Shown piece by piece: positions 28,624 through 46,338 of a stretch of DNA of 64,000 nucleotides; position 1 is the stretch's first letter; the number at the start of each line of letters is the position of its first letter. Where the stretch lies: assembly GCF_009914755.1 (NCBI RefSeq), contig NC_060930.1; one strand, written 5' to 3'. Source of the stretch: the human T2T-CHM13v2.0 reference genome, Homo sapiens. Made by a program: the position numbers and the translations under genes. The notes under the pieces were generated by a model. That model made no database searches. It was not told the DNA's origin and saw only the letters and a list, made by a program, of their open reading frames with translations.

Positions 28624-28951
<328 letters not shown>

Positions 28952-29716
28952 AAGTTATGAATGGGTATAAAAGATGTATATTAGTGCCAAATTGACAAGG
29001 ATGGACTGTTGTGACTATGTACATTGTCATATTACCTAAACAGAAATGACAAATTCCAGAATTCCCTTGGGAATTTGTTTGGGGCTGCTTTGAAGTTAGC
29101 CATCAGAGAAATCTGCACAGGAGTTGGGTAGTGGAATGGAAGCAGCACCCAAGTTTATGATTGGATAATTGGTAAAGTGCCAGGCTTTTCTGCTGCTCGC
29201 ATACATTGTCACTGATCTGCTAGCTCACCTTACTGTTGGGAGCACCTGGGCTCTTTCAGCTTCCATTGAGTAACAGCTCCGTCAGCTTCTCCAAATTCTG
29301 GCCCACAATTCCTTCTGCAAGATCACCTCCTTCAGCTTCTCTACATCCTAAGCAAAGGAGTTTGTGGAATTCATGGTGAAGCATACCAATCTCCCCTGCA
29401 GGCCACGCACATCATTAAAGTTGGAACTCCAAAGGCATGAGAAAGACATGGTTTCTAATTTGTCCTTGGGGCTCCAGCATATCCTGAAAAGTTCTAGTTC
29501 TTCTTTTTCTCTCCAATTCTGTATCTGTTTTTCTTCCCAGCTGCCTATGGGAAGCTAACTTTAGACCCATCACAAGATAGAGAAGCAACAGCCTTACAAG
29601 AACTATTTAACCAGGTCCCATGATTGCAGAAAGTCAAATCCCTATAATAAATATCTTATTCCTTATGACTCACAATAATTTTATTTTTCTTATCAATCAC
29701 TATCTAGCTTACTCCC

Positions 29717-30161
29717 TGTTATGGGTTAAATTGTGTCTTTCAAAAACATATGTTGAAGTACTAGTCCCTCATACTTGTGAATGTGATCTTATTTGGAAAT
29801 ATGCTTGCAAATGTAATCAAGTTAAGATGAGGTAAGCCATATTTCAATATAACCAGTATCCTTATAAGAAGAAGAGGAGAGACACAAAGATAGAGACACA
29901 CAGAAGGAAGAGAGCCACATGAAGATGGAAGAGGAGATTGGAATTACAGTATCTTCACACAGCCAAGGAACTTCTAGGGCTACCAGAAGATGAAAACGGG
30001 AAGGAAGCATCATCCTCTAGAGGTTTTGGAGGGTGCGTGGCCTTACCAATTCCTTGATTTGGGAAACCTAGCCTTCAGAACTGTAAGAAAACAACTTCCT
30101 ATTGTATTAAGCCATCATAGTTTTTAGTCATCTGTTATGGCAATTCTAGGAAACTAATATA
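29717..30161 (+). mobile_element. MaLR solo LTR (MLT1C-like)
   Basis: tgttatgggttaaattgtgtc...gaatgtgatcttatttggaaat...ccttcagaactgtaaga...ggaaactaatata; TSD-like ctccc/ttccc. Confidence 0.88.
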
Positions 30162-30847
30162 TTCCCCTGATTAGGATATTTCACATATTAAATAGGGAAT
30201 GATCAACAATATCAAATACTGAGGAGAATAAGAAGAAAGAAAAAGTATAAGATCTGGTAAAGAGGAGGCTGATGGTAGATGACTAGTTGAGTGGAGTTAT
30301 GAAAATCAAATTACAGTGCATTGAGGGGTGAATTAACTATGAGAAAGAGAAGGAATTGAAAGTAAAGTTTTATATCTGTGAATATGGTTATGATGTGGAA
30401 AGGACAAATACTGTGGAGTTTGGGGAAATAGGTGCAAACAGTCATGTAAAGGGATTTTTAATGTGATAATCATGAGGCTACTTATAGGATGCATTTAAGT
30501 TTGTATGTGGAAGATAGAACTTCTTGCACTATTTCAATGTAAGAAGAGATGTATGTACAGTACAGAAAATCTTCTGGAATAAGCAAATGCTTATTTACCT
30601 CTCTACAACACTATCCTTAGAGTTCAAATGCAAAATTTCATTATAAATGAAATCACCTCTTAGCAAGAGACATTGGGTAAACTAATATGCACTGGATGGG
30701 ATGCCCATTCATCTTTTGATGAAATCTCTTTTATCAAGAGTACTATATTATAGACACATGGCAAAAGTGTTTGCTTGTTTTAAAAATATAATTGAACATT
30801 TCTCATTGGTATCAGGTGCCAATAAGCTGTAAGACTCACAGATACTT

Positions 30848-34541
<3,694 letters not shown>

Positions 34542-36361
34542 CACAGATACTTTAAAGAGCCACACTATCCATGTACCTTCATGAATCTAGGAACCACAAT
34601 CATAGATGGAGTTGGTGCCTGCTTAATTTCAACGCTGACTTGCTATACTCAGGCTTTACTTAATATTAGAAAAAAATCATTATGTTCTTTAAAGTCACCT
34701 TTCTAAAGTTATCTTCCTTCTTCTTTAAATGAAGATTAAAAGAAGATTAAATGAATATTCTCTAAATGAAAATTAAAGTAATTTCTACCTCAAAAATCTA
34801 TTGCAAGGATAAAAGAATACACAAATAAAAATGATATACAAATTACTATAATTGCTACTTTCTTAACAAACTACATGTATAGTGTGTAAATGTATATGAG
34901 TTGTATGCATTATTCTTGCATCCAACTCATTATAGTCAGAAGTGATTTATGCAATTACAAATGTAAAAGTTATTTAACAACCTGTACTTAGAAACTTTGG
35001 AAATAGAAATTTATTCATCTTCTTTAACTTTAGGAATATTTTTGATACATAATCCATAATAAAACCACCTCTCAGTTCTACTGGAGAAAAAAATGGGTTG
35101 AAAACTTATAAAAAATAAGTAAAATCATTTATATAATCAAGAAGAAGAGATAAGAAAAGGAATATTAACCCTGGTTGTGGTTGTGGTTTCAATTACATGA
35201 ATATATGTATATGTGTGTATGCATGCATATATTATATACATATATATATGGAGAGAGAAAGAGAGAGAAAAAGGATACTTAACCAAGAGGATAGCCACAT
35301 ATTTTTTATATTCAAAGAGAAACAAAAAGGAGAAACCAATAGGATAGCCACTCTACTATCTAATCATGAAGCACTTAAACCTGGTCCAGAAAAGCTTTAA
35401 GAAATTATCTAGAAGCTACACAGACAAATTTTAGAGGAAAGGATGCCACACTACTTTATTTTCATAAAGTACAAAACTTGTAGTCCACAACGACATCTCC
35501 ACTTTTCCCAAAGCTTCTATTATTATAACTATTTCACTTTCTTCCATCTCCTTTTTTCCTTGAATAGCTTATCAAGTCCAATAAAAATATAATGATGGCC
35601 ACCCAAGGAGAAAGCATACATCTCTCTCTGGGTATTTGTCATAAATACCATCATATTATTCAAGAGACTACAAATTAATAATGGTAAATTCTAGAGTTTA
35701 TAAGGTTCAAAGTTTCCCTCATCAGCAGCTTTTAGCTTATATGGGCTAGAATTTGAATTGGGTTTCAATTCAAATTGATCAATGTTTTCAAATGGTAAAT
35801 CGCTTTTTTTCCCCAAAATAAATGTGGGATTATACAATTCTATAAATCTTACTAACCATTAATTTTCAGAATATCTAATTCCATGCTGCATTTAAAAGGT
35901 ACAGATGAAAACTGGTAAAATAGTAATATTAGATGCAATTGAATGAAAAGCATGGCAGAAATGAAAAAAAGTTGGAATCTCACTAAGAAAATTTAATCAC
36001 TTTTCACTGAGCAGAATTTTTTTAATTGCCAAGACATTTTTAATATTTAGTAGGTTTCCTGGCATTACATCATCTCACATTTTTCCCCTGCAGAGAAATT
36101 TAAACATGTGCTACCAGGTATACACCCAGGAGGTCCCCTCATTCAACAAGCAAAAAGGACATGAGGCTATTACACAGACAGTTCAACCATTTTTCATGCA
36201 GTGAATGAGCAATGTACCCAGTACAAACTCCTAAGAGCTCTTTCATCTTATGAGTCTTATGATCCAAAATATTAAATGGTCAAAGCAAAATTCACTGACA
36301 TATTAGCTTATGGCACAAACTATTTCCACTTTAGGTTTATATCTTAAATCTTCAAATAGAG

Positions 36362-36617
36362 CAAGATTTCTCAACCTTGGTACCAAGGACATTTTGGATC
36401 AAAGCACTCTGTGAGGCAGAGGAGCTGTCCTGTCCATTTTAGAAGGTTTAGCAGCATTCCTACCCACATTACTACTCCAGCATATCTACGCACTAAATGC
36501 TAGTAACAATACACACACATACCTGCCCCCTATCAATTGTGGATGACAAAATAAAGTGTTTCCATACATTGCTAAATGTCTCCTAGGGACCAAAATCACC
36601 CCAGGTAAGAACCTCTA
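36362..36617 (+). mobile_element. MER20 (hAT-Charlie)
   Basis: caagatttctcaaccttgg...ctgtcctgtccattttagaaggtttagcagcat...cattgctaaatgtctcctagggaccaaaatcacccc; perfect 8-bp TSD aaatagag (36354-36361, 36618-36625). Confidence 0.9.
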
Positions 36618-37255
36618 AAATAGAGCATGATCCCCACACACTGAAGATATGCAAGCTATGCTTGTGTACCGTTCTAGACACTTTAGAAACATAATCTCCC
36701 ATCTGAGTGTCCTGTTCTGGCACCCTGCTCTCAAGAGCCCAGGAAATCTTCCTGAGTGGAAAATGTCAGAGTACCTTCTGAAGTATGTCCGCAGAAGAAT
36801 CACAAATCTTAGAGAAGAAGGAGGCAGGGGGAGATGATGTAAATATGAAGCTGACTGTGAACTGGAATGATGACAGCTTAACTATATATATCCAAGTACT
36901 GAAGGTGGCTAATGACATCGAGCAGGCTAGCTTAAAATGTTTTCACAATGGAGTACAGAAATTTATATTCATAGCAGAGCATTAGGAAAAGGTTGATTCT
37001 ACATAGCACATTTTCTTTAGGGAATACATAAATATATATATTTGTGAAAAAATTAATTCAAGTAAAGCACTTAGCACAGCGCCAGACACATGGTGAGTGT
37101 CCATTAAATGTGTAAGTGCTGGATGCTATTCTTATTAGTAGTAACACTGGCATTGATCATTTTATTGTATTAATTTAATTCATTATACGCTTGAACTTTT
37201 TTATACACTTAAACATTTTAGTGCTTAGGAACATTTCTTCTGGCATACACCTCTG

Positions 37256-37336
37256 CCCTCTCTCTCTCTGTCTCTCTCTCTCTCCCTCCTTCCCTCTCTC
37301 TTTCTCCCTCTCTCTCTCTTTCTCTCTCTCTCTCCC
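37256..37336. repeat. (CT)-rich polypyrimidine simple repeat inside an L2-like region (about 37230-37680)
   Basis: ccctctctctctctgtctctctctctctccctccttccctctctc... Confidence 0.9.
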
Positions 37337-38522
37337 TATTCTTTCCCCATTTGTTGTTTTGCCTATGGAAACTTCCTACTCTTCTTGAAAAGTTCAGCTC
37401 AATAGTGAACTCCTCTCAGAGGCTTTCCCTAAGGTCCCTTACCCTTCCAAGTAAAAAATTAACTTTCTCTTCATTTCTATTTCCACAACACTTAGTGCAT
37501 ATTTACATCATCGTTCTTAGCACATTGTATTATAGTTATTAAAGTCTGTGTGTGGCAGCCCCACCACAGTCCCTGGCCTCCAGGCTATGAGCTTCTGAGG
37601 CCCTATTTACTCGGCCTTATGTCCTCTGTGCTTGCCACATGGTAGACGCTCAACAAAAGCACTCCAAGCTCAGCTGAATTATCTGGAAAATTCAATCATG
37701 TGGAAACCTCCTTTCCCAATAATGCCAGATATATGAGGTGTGACTATAGAGCAATGCCTTCTATATAGAATTTGGGGCTGTCAGCCTTATATGAAAAGAT
37801 TAAATAAGTGAAATGATGCAAAGTGTGTTAACTTTTTACCAAGTAAAATATAGATTTGGATAAGTATCAGAACACTCCTTTAAATTACACACATTTAAAT
37901 ATGAGTAGGGATAAATTGGGAAGGTGGGAGAAATGGTAGGAATAAAATATATAATTTTAAGAGCTATAAGTCTCACTAAGATAAATAAATAAGAAAAGAG
38001 GTGACATAATGGATCTACCATATTTTAAATTTGATTGCATAACACTGTCAAATAATTCATAGATTAGATGGTTAATAGGTCAGACTGTGTCTTGAATATA
38101 AAACATATCCATAAAACATCAGTCCAAATTACTGTACAGATCTCCCTTACCCAGCCAGTCCTAGGCAGTATCTTAGGGAAAGGAAACTTTACATATGTGA
38201 AAACATATATGCATTGTCAAATAAATTACATTAAAGAGTACAGTCTGCCCTGACTTTTCAATTGTTTCTGAGTTTAACTGAAAATACGAAGTAGATAAAA
38301 CCCACAACTTTGACACAGAAGTTTTGAGAGGTGACTCTGCTTTAAAAATAGCCAGAGGTACTAGTTCCTTTTTCTACTTCCACTTTAGTTCTTTAAGAAG
38401 TATATGAAGCCACAAATAATCAATAGTTAAAACAATTAATAGGATTTTAAAATTACTTTTCAAATTGAAATTCCATTTTAACTGTGATCATGTGATATGT
38501 AAATAAAGTATTTTTAATGCAA

Positions 38523-38658
38523 TACTTGTCTCAGAGAATTAAAGTCAAAGTTCCAAAGTTGTGGTAACTATTTTCCAAAAAATATTTACTCTTCTCAGAG
38601 AATTCTCAGAGAATTAAAGTCAAAGTTCCAAAGCAGTGGTAAATTTTTTCGAAAAATA
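38523..38658. repeat. Local tandem duplication (about 64-bp unit plus an extra 11-bp copy)
   Basis: tctcagagaattaaagtcaaagttccaaag occurs at 38529 and 38604; partial tctcagagaat at 38593. Confidence 0.93.
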
Positions 38659-39126
38659 AAAAAGATACTATTTATCTTCATTTCCTATGAGAAAAAAATA
38701 CCTTCCATGGCTTAAGAAAAAATGAGAGCAACTGATTTTTAAATCCTAGTGTTTTTTGTTTTGTTTTGTTTTGATTTTTTACTCTCTATACCTGGCAGAA
38801 GTTGGGAATGCTATTTTGTAAAGATGTGTGTAGCATAAAATCATTTCATTACCTTTTTTCTCTCAACTATAATTATTCACATTGCTGTTTATACCAATAA
38901 TGTTCATCATAAAAATTTTAAAAACACAGAAAGTGTTGAAGAATTAAAATGTAAATTACCCACAGCCTGCAATGAATATTTGATGGGTTCCTTCAATCTG
39001 TTTTATATATAAATTTATTTAAAATAGTATAATAATGTATATAATAATGTTTCTTGGTTTGGGTCAATTAACATTATTATTTGAGCATTTTTCAGTGTTA
39101 GTAAATAGTTTTCAAAAATGTAATTT

Positions 39127-39464
<338 letters not shown>

Positions 39465-40466
39465 TTAACTTTTTTCTTGTTTAATTATGTTCAATTTGTG
39501 AATTGTAAGCAATAATACAGCGATAAACACTTTTACATGAATCCGTCTACATCTGTCTATATCTGCAATGTTTCTGTAAGATAAATTCATAAATAAGAGC
39601 TCTCTCATCCCACACTACCCTTTCCCCATACTTCTCAAATGTATTTTAAAGAGTTTGACTATTTATCTAAAACTTGTGTTTTCAGCTATTATTCACAGAA
39701 AGATTCAATGATATTGCTATTAAATTGGGTGGCATTTATTTTATTATTACACTTCAAAACCTACCGATTTATTTTTCATATATTAAATTATGTAATAAAA
39801 CTAATTATTTATTAAATAAAGACACCTAGAACATTTTACTTACTTTATCTTTACATAAAGGTAGGTGTCAGAAAACTGTACCTACTGTTATTATAATAAA
39901 AAACAATTTTTTGCCATTATGTATATAGTTCTGTAAACTAACATAGATGCTCATATGAAGTTATATGAAAATATATTGATGAATGTATTTATTATCAACT
40001 ATGATCTTTGCATTGGGATATGCATTAGCCCTTCCCACATCATCTGAAATTATTTTTCTTGATCTGAAATACTTTTTCATCTGTTTTTTATTTTTTCAGA
40101 TTTGCAAACTGAGACTCCAAGAAATATAGAAATTTCCCTATTTGGGAATTTCAAGTCTATGCTCTTATGGCACTATATTATTATTTTCTGTGGTGACTTT
40201 AAAGTCCTTCATAGAAACCTGAAATATTCTATAAGACATATCGCTATTTCTATGTGTTCTTTCCCTTAAACATCTTTCTTTGGAAGAAAAGGGGGAGTAC
40301 AGAAAGTGAATCCTGCATCTATAGGTAATAACACGGCACAGAATTGCATTTTCTTACAATGCAGAATAATGAACTTCTGTCAATGAACCAATGCTTATTT
40401 TAAAATAAAAAAAGTGTTTTGCTAGAGATTGTCATACCTGATCAACAGTATATAAAATTGAAATAT

Positions 40467-40811
<345 letters not shown>

Positions 40812-41129
40812 TCAGGATTGAAAAAATAATTAGTAAAACATTCCAAATACATTAGCAAAAACAAATATCACAGAGGACAATAAATATACTATAACCCTAG
40901 AAGATAAAGTAACAATCATAATTCAGTAACACTACTCAATAGCAGATGTTCAAAAATGTGAACTTGGTAGAACTGAATTAAGATTGAATTGAATTTTTAA
41001 AAATACTATTTGGCAAATTAAATAGAAACCTATCAAATCTATATCATCCCAGAGTTTAAAATGGCAGTGGAAGAGGATGCCAGGTAAAGATATACATGCA
41101 CTTTAGATTTTACAAATTAAGTCAAAGGA

Positions 41130-41830
41130 ATTAGGAAAAATATCAGTGAAATCCTAAATCTGAGAGTAGATTTAAACACATGTTAAAATAAAGTCTTAGC
41201 CAAATTATACCAAAGAATACTGAAACAATACGTAGCTATAGTAGCAGAAACATTAAGAGTAATATTTTTTAAATCAGGTATAATTAGAAAAATATCAGAG
41301 GTGCAAGATAAACAAACATTTCATTTTTGTAAGGATAATTAAAATTTCCCAAAACTATGAAGTCACGTGAACTAAGCATCAATATCCATAAATATTCCAA
41401 AATGGACTGTTAATAAAAATAAGCATTAGTTTATTTAGAAATAGACTATAAAGTATTAATAGACTCTTAGTTCTTTATTTTTATCATTTTTGTCATGTGT
41501 TAAATTATACCATTCACATCCTTAGAAAATAGAAAGGTGAAAGTAAGCTCAGAGGGAGCTTCATTAGATGACATTAAGAAATATACTGAGCAGACAGAAC
41601 AGTGGGCATACAGAAAAGATAGGAATTTTAATTGTGATCAATGTAAAATTCTGCAATTAAATACAATTAATAAATATATTCTAGAGGATAGAAAACTGGT
41701 ATGCCAATCATTCCTGAAAAAAATGCTTAGGATATAAATAACCAACTATAAACTCAACATACATAAAATATATATAACTGACAAAAAATAAACATAATTC
41801 AAACATTTTAGGATATGTATATGGAAGTAG
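41130..41830 (+). mobile_element. L3/CR1 LINE reverse-transcriptase fossil
   Basis: ORF 41537-41737 EQWAYRKDRNFNCDQCKILQL resembles CR1 ORF2 EQWA..N.MKFN.DKCKVLHL. The upstream DNA resembles the LKELA...YRPVSLTS segment. Confidence 0.65.
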
Positions 41831-42084
41831 TATTCCAATTTTGAGTAATAATGATGTCAAAGCATTGAATCATACCGAGGAAAATGGTAGTGCTGAGGAT
41901 AAAAATAAATAACTTATCCTTATCTCTTCTTTAAAAAACTCATAATCCAAGTGTGAAAACAGACATAGAAAAAGATAACTATGAATAAAACAATTTGTTA
42001 GTTTTGGCAATATTATTAACTAACATTCAGAATATTATTTTCAACTCTTCTCACTAATTTTGAGATATTATTATTATGTAACAT

Positions 42085-42280
42085 AAAAATAACATATTAT
42101 AGTATTCACTATATATGCCTGGCCCTATAAGAAAATAATATTAGTATCTTAATTTTATAAATGGAACCATTAGATTGAGATTTTTTAAAAACGTAACTTA
42201 TCTGCAGACAAATAGGTAGTCAGTGTTAAAGTTGAGAAACAAATATAGGTCTTTCTGCCTTCAAATTACTGCTGTTAAAA
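42085..42280 (-). mobile_element. MIR fragment
   Basis: gtattcactatatatgcctggcc...ttttataaatgga...gtaacttatctgcagacaaataggtagtcagtg. Confidence 0.55.
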
Positions 42281-42421
42281 ATAACAATGCATATCAGTCA
42301 GTACGTATTAAAGTGAGTTCTGCTGAACTAGCATTCCATAGGATATTAATAAGTACTACACACCCAATGAATCCATAGCCAGATAATTTTGAGGAAGACT
42401 AGTTAAAATAGAATTGAGAGG

Positions 42422-42457
42422 GCATGTGCACGTACGTGTGTGTGTGTGTGTGTGTGT
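42422..42457. repeat. (TG)n / alternating purine-pyrimidine tract
   Basis: gcatgtgcacgtacgtgtgtgtgtgtgtgtgtgtgt. Confidence 0.9.
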
Positions 42458-42484
42458 TGTCACTGTAAAGCCTTTGTAAGACTT

Positions 42485-43400
42485 TAATATCCAGAATCTA
42501 CAAAGAACGCAAACAAATTTACAAGAAAAAAACAAACAACTCTATCAACAAGTGGGCGAAGGACATGAACAGACACTTCTCAAAAGAAGACATTTATGCA
42601 GCCAACAGACACATGAAAAAAACGCTCATCATCACTGGCCATCAGAGAAATGCAAATCAAAACCACAATGAGATACCATCTCACACCAGTTAGAATGGCA
42701 ATCATTAAAAAGTCAGGAAACAACAGATGCTGGAGAGGATGTGGAGAAATAGGAACACTTTTACACTGTTGGTGGGACTGTAAACTAGTTCAACCATTGT
42801 GGAAGATACTGTGGCGATTCCTCAAGGATCTAGAACTAGAAATACCATTTGACCCAGCCATCCCATTACTGGGCATATACCCAAAGGATTATAAATCATG
42901 CTGCTATAAAGACACATGCACATGTATGTTTATTGCAGCACTATTCACAATAGCAAAGACTTGGAGCCAACCCAAATGTCCATCAATGATAGACTGGATT
43001 AAGAAAATATGGCACATATACACCACAGAATACTATGCAGCCATAAAAAATGATGAGTTCATGTCCTTTGCAGGGACACAGATGAAGCTAGAAACCATCA
43101 TTCCCAGCAAACTATCGCAAGGACAAAAAACCAAACACCTCATGTTCTCACTCATAGGTGGGAATTGAACAATGAGAACACATGGACACAGGAAGGGGAA
43201 CATCACACACTGGGGACTGTTGTGGGGTGGGAGGAGGGGGGAGGGATAGCATTAGGAGATATACCTAATGCTGAATGACGAGTTAATGGGTGCAGCACAC
43301 CAACATGGCACATGTATACATATGTAACGAACCTGCACATTGTGCATATGTACCCTAAAACTTAAAGTATAATAATAATAAAATAAAATAAAATAAAAAA
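42485..43400 (+). mobile_element. L1PA4/5-like 3' fragment (ORF2 C-terminus and 3' UTR)
   Basis: ORF 42650-43168 is the L1 ORF2 C-terminus ([18 protein letters not shown]...MFSLIGGN), followed by the 3' UTR and an (AAAAT)n tail. Confidence 0.95.
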
Positions 43401-44309
43401 GAAATCTGCCTCAGAACTGTCCACAATGACAAACACTCCTACAATCCAGAAGCCAAGGCGTAGCCTAATTGAATGTTAAGCAGCTGAAATAGCTTAAAAC
43501 CAGAAAAACAATGTACATAATGGAAACCCTGATGAGTCCATCATATTGATGGTCTTCTGTGGTTGCAATGATAATAATAATACTTTATTTAAAATAGCCA
43601 AGGTAGAGACAAAAGTCTTTGTGTATTCAAGCCAAACAACTCAGATGAATGGCACCCCCAGACTAACTTCTGAGTAAACCATACTGTGATAACATAAAGC
43701 CCTTTTGTATGTCAGGAATATCGGGAGGTGCCATTAGGCTGGAAGACCTGCATATATTCATATATTGTCCACAGCCTCCTTTTGGGTTCTGGTTGTCTAC
43801 ATGGGATGACTTTAGATGACATGTATACAGGGTGGATTCTAAACCAGAGATAGAGCAGCATTAGTGTCTGGCTTTTTTTTTTTTAATCTTTTGGTACCTA
43901 ATTTGCAAAGCCACTCAAAATGACAAACATAAGTGATCTGATTATTATATCAGACGCATATAAAAAGTTTCTATTTCCTTACAAAGTTTTTCTGGCTCTC
44001 AAATATAATCACTGTTTTGTTTTTCTGTTGCTGTTTGCTTTTCTAAAGAATCAGAACAAGAACTTCCCTTATTTTAAGATAAACTATTAGTCTCAAACTT
44101 TGGGCACATCACAATGTCCCAAATTAGATTGTATTTAATTCAAGACCAAAATTAAATTGATTTAAAATAAAAAATTTTAAAAAAGACTTTAATATTCTGA
44201 TATGCATTGTGAATCTCCGAGAGGATAGTCTAACAGGAAGGCTTTAGCAATAGACATGACCTCAGAAGCTTTTTAATTTTTTCTTCATTGAGTATTGCAA
44301 GGCACTATT

Positions 44310-44549
44310 GCGAAATTCTGCCAAACTGGAAGACCAAGACAAATCTAAACATCAAGAACTGCAAATATTGTCAACAAGGAGAGAACAGCACCTTACAGGA
44401 GACAGGATAGCAATCTTTAAATATTTTTCTAATCAAAAAAGGATATATTATTTCATCAAAAGGAAGACCTAGATGTGAGGAATGAAAGCTACTGGGAGAG
44501 AGATATCACCTCAATATAGGATTTCAAATAGATTTAGATACATGAGAGA

Positions 44550-44597
<48 letters not shown>

Positions 44598-44665
44598 TAG
44601 ATAGATAGATGGTAGATCTGAGCTGTCTGACAAAGGTAGATTCATCACCTGAAAAAATGTGTTAT
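44310..44665 (+). mobile_element. L3/CR1 3' fragment interrupted by a GATA repeat
   Basis: ggagacaggatagcaatctttaaatattt...aagctactgggagagagatatcacctcaatatagg...gagctgtc resembles the L3 3' region. Confidence 0.5.
44548..44610 (+). repeat. Compound STR (GATA)5(GACA)7(GATA)3GAT
   Basis: Read directly from the sequence. Confidence 0.97.
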
Positions 44666-45277
44666 CCAAGTGATTTCTGCATTTTGTTAAATATCAGAGA
44701 AAATGACTGATATTTAACACTTATTTTCAATGGTTCATTTGCAGTCATTATCAACTGAGGTTTTTATGCATTTAGTATTTCAGACTATCTGTCCATTTTT
44801 GTATCATTCCGAATTAACCAACTTATAGACAGAGGACATCAAAATACACATAAAAATGAACATACAATTTTTACACTCATGTCAGTGAAAAGTAAAGCAG
44901 TGCTTCTCTAACTTCCAGAACACCAAGTAATTTCATTATCTTAATTATACATTTCATGTGGGCAGAACAAAGTGGAAGTTTTCTGGGATGAAGGACAACT
45001 TTACAAAATGAGACAACAGACCTAGAAAGCACATTTTTAGAAGCATGAGACTATTTAGTATACGAATTGGTGTCAGGAGTAGGGAGCAGCTCTGGAATGT
45101 AGGAGAAAATTTTCAGATCGATTACGGTTACCTTTCAATATCTCTACCTGGCTCTAAATGTTACTACATTGCCCCCAAAAAAATAATTTGTTTGATAGAT
45201 CACATGAGTTATCAATGGCTTTTACTAAAATTTTACATATATTTGCCAGGATAATAAGTTAAATAAAAAGATTATAC

Positions 45278-45470
45278 CTATTTGTGTATTCCTTGATGAT
45301 TTGATATATGCTAATCTTAATTGTTTCATTTTCAAATCGGTTGTTGCTCCGGTCCTTGTATATCCGGAATTCAGCTGCTGTCACTGCCTCTCCATGAGGA
45401 ATTTGGGTAAGATCAAATCGAAATTCTTTGTAATGCCTTCGCTGGTGAGAAAAATCCTTGTCTCTTTCAA
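45278..45470 (-). CDS. BMP5: BMP5 exon 2 (193 nt), propeptide
   Basis: Reverse complement reads ttttttcag|TT GAA AGA...ACA AAT AG|gtataa. Translation (V)[63 protein letters not shown](R) has the BMP5/6/7 [19 protein letters not shown] motif and an N-E-T sequon. Phase 1 to phase 2. Confidence 0.97.
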
Positions 45471-45510
45471 CTGAAAAAATAAAGGGGGTTGAGGGGGAAA
45501 AAAGTTAGTC
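45471..45510 (-). promoter_or_regulatory. Exon 2 3' splice signal: branch point GACTAAC (45504-45510), polypyrimidine tract, CAG
   Basis: Minus strand reads gactaacttttttccccctcaaccccctttattttttcag; near-consensus branch point about 35 nt upstream of the exon. Confidence 0.8.
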
Positions 45511-46045
45511 TTTTATAAAATATGGAAATTAATGATAAATTCTCCAGCTTTGAAAGAAAACAAACAAGCAGGATAGTATAAAACTGGAAAAACCCTAAAA
45601 CCACAAACTGAAACGTGTTTCCAGTTAAAGGAAATTCCACAAACCAACAGCCTTTAGTTCAAAAGCAATATAACCTCTGCGGTTTTATACAAATTCCTGG
45701 ATCCTAAATGGAAAGGTTATCCAAAAATGTTTTTAAAAGTGAAGGCTGTAAAATGATTACTACTATGTATCAAGTATCAGACCATAGAAAATTTTATACA
45801 GAAATTCTGAATATGTTACCGTAACCTCCAGAGTTCCAGGTGAAATGACTGGAGAGACAGCACAGCCATGGGAGGGAAATGGGAAAGAGGACTGAGTTGC
45901 AAGTATACAAGGACTGTGTTTATGGCCTTTCAAAGTTCAAGTAAATAAAGCAAACTAATTTTTACAAGAAAGATTGTTTCTAAAATGTCTTCCCCAGAAA
46001 ATTTTTTCTCTTTTCAGCAAATAAAATATTCTTTTTCTTAAAAAC

Positions 46046-46338
46046 ATTTTTTTTTTCTTGAGAAAGGTCTCACTCCGTTGCCCAAGCTGGAGTGCAGTGG
46101 TATGATCACCGCTCACTGACGCCTGGACCTCCCAGGCTCAAGTGATCCTCCCACCTCAACCTCTAGAGTAGCTAGGACTACAGGCATGCACCACCACACC
46201 CAGCCAATTTTTTTATTTTTTGTAGGGGCAGGGTCTCACTATGTTACCTAGACTGGTCTCGAAATCCTGGGCTCAAGCAATCCTCCCAATTTGGCATCCC
46301 AAAGTTCTGGGATTACTTGCATGAGCTACTCTGCCCCG
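46046..46338 (-). mobile_element. AluJ followed by (GTTT)n (about 46340-46371)
   Basis: gagaaaggtctcactcc...ggctcaagtgatcctcccacctc...ggctcaagcaatcctccc (AluJ diagnostics). Confidence 0.93.

Noticed and set aside
42650-43168. 172-aa Cys-rich ORF
   Set aside because: Standard L1 ORF2 C-terminus of a truncated copy.
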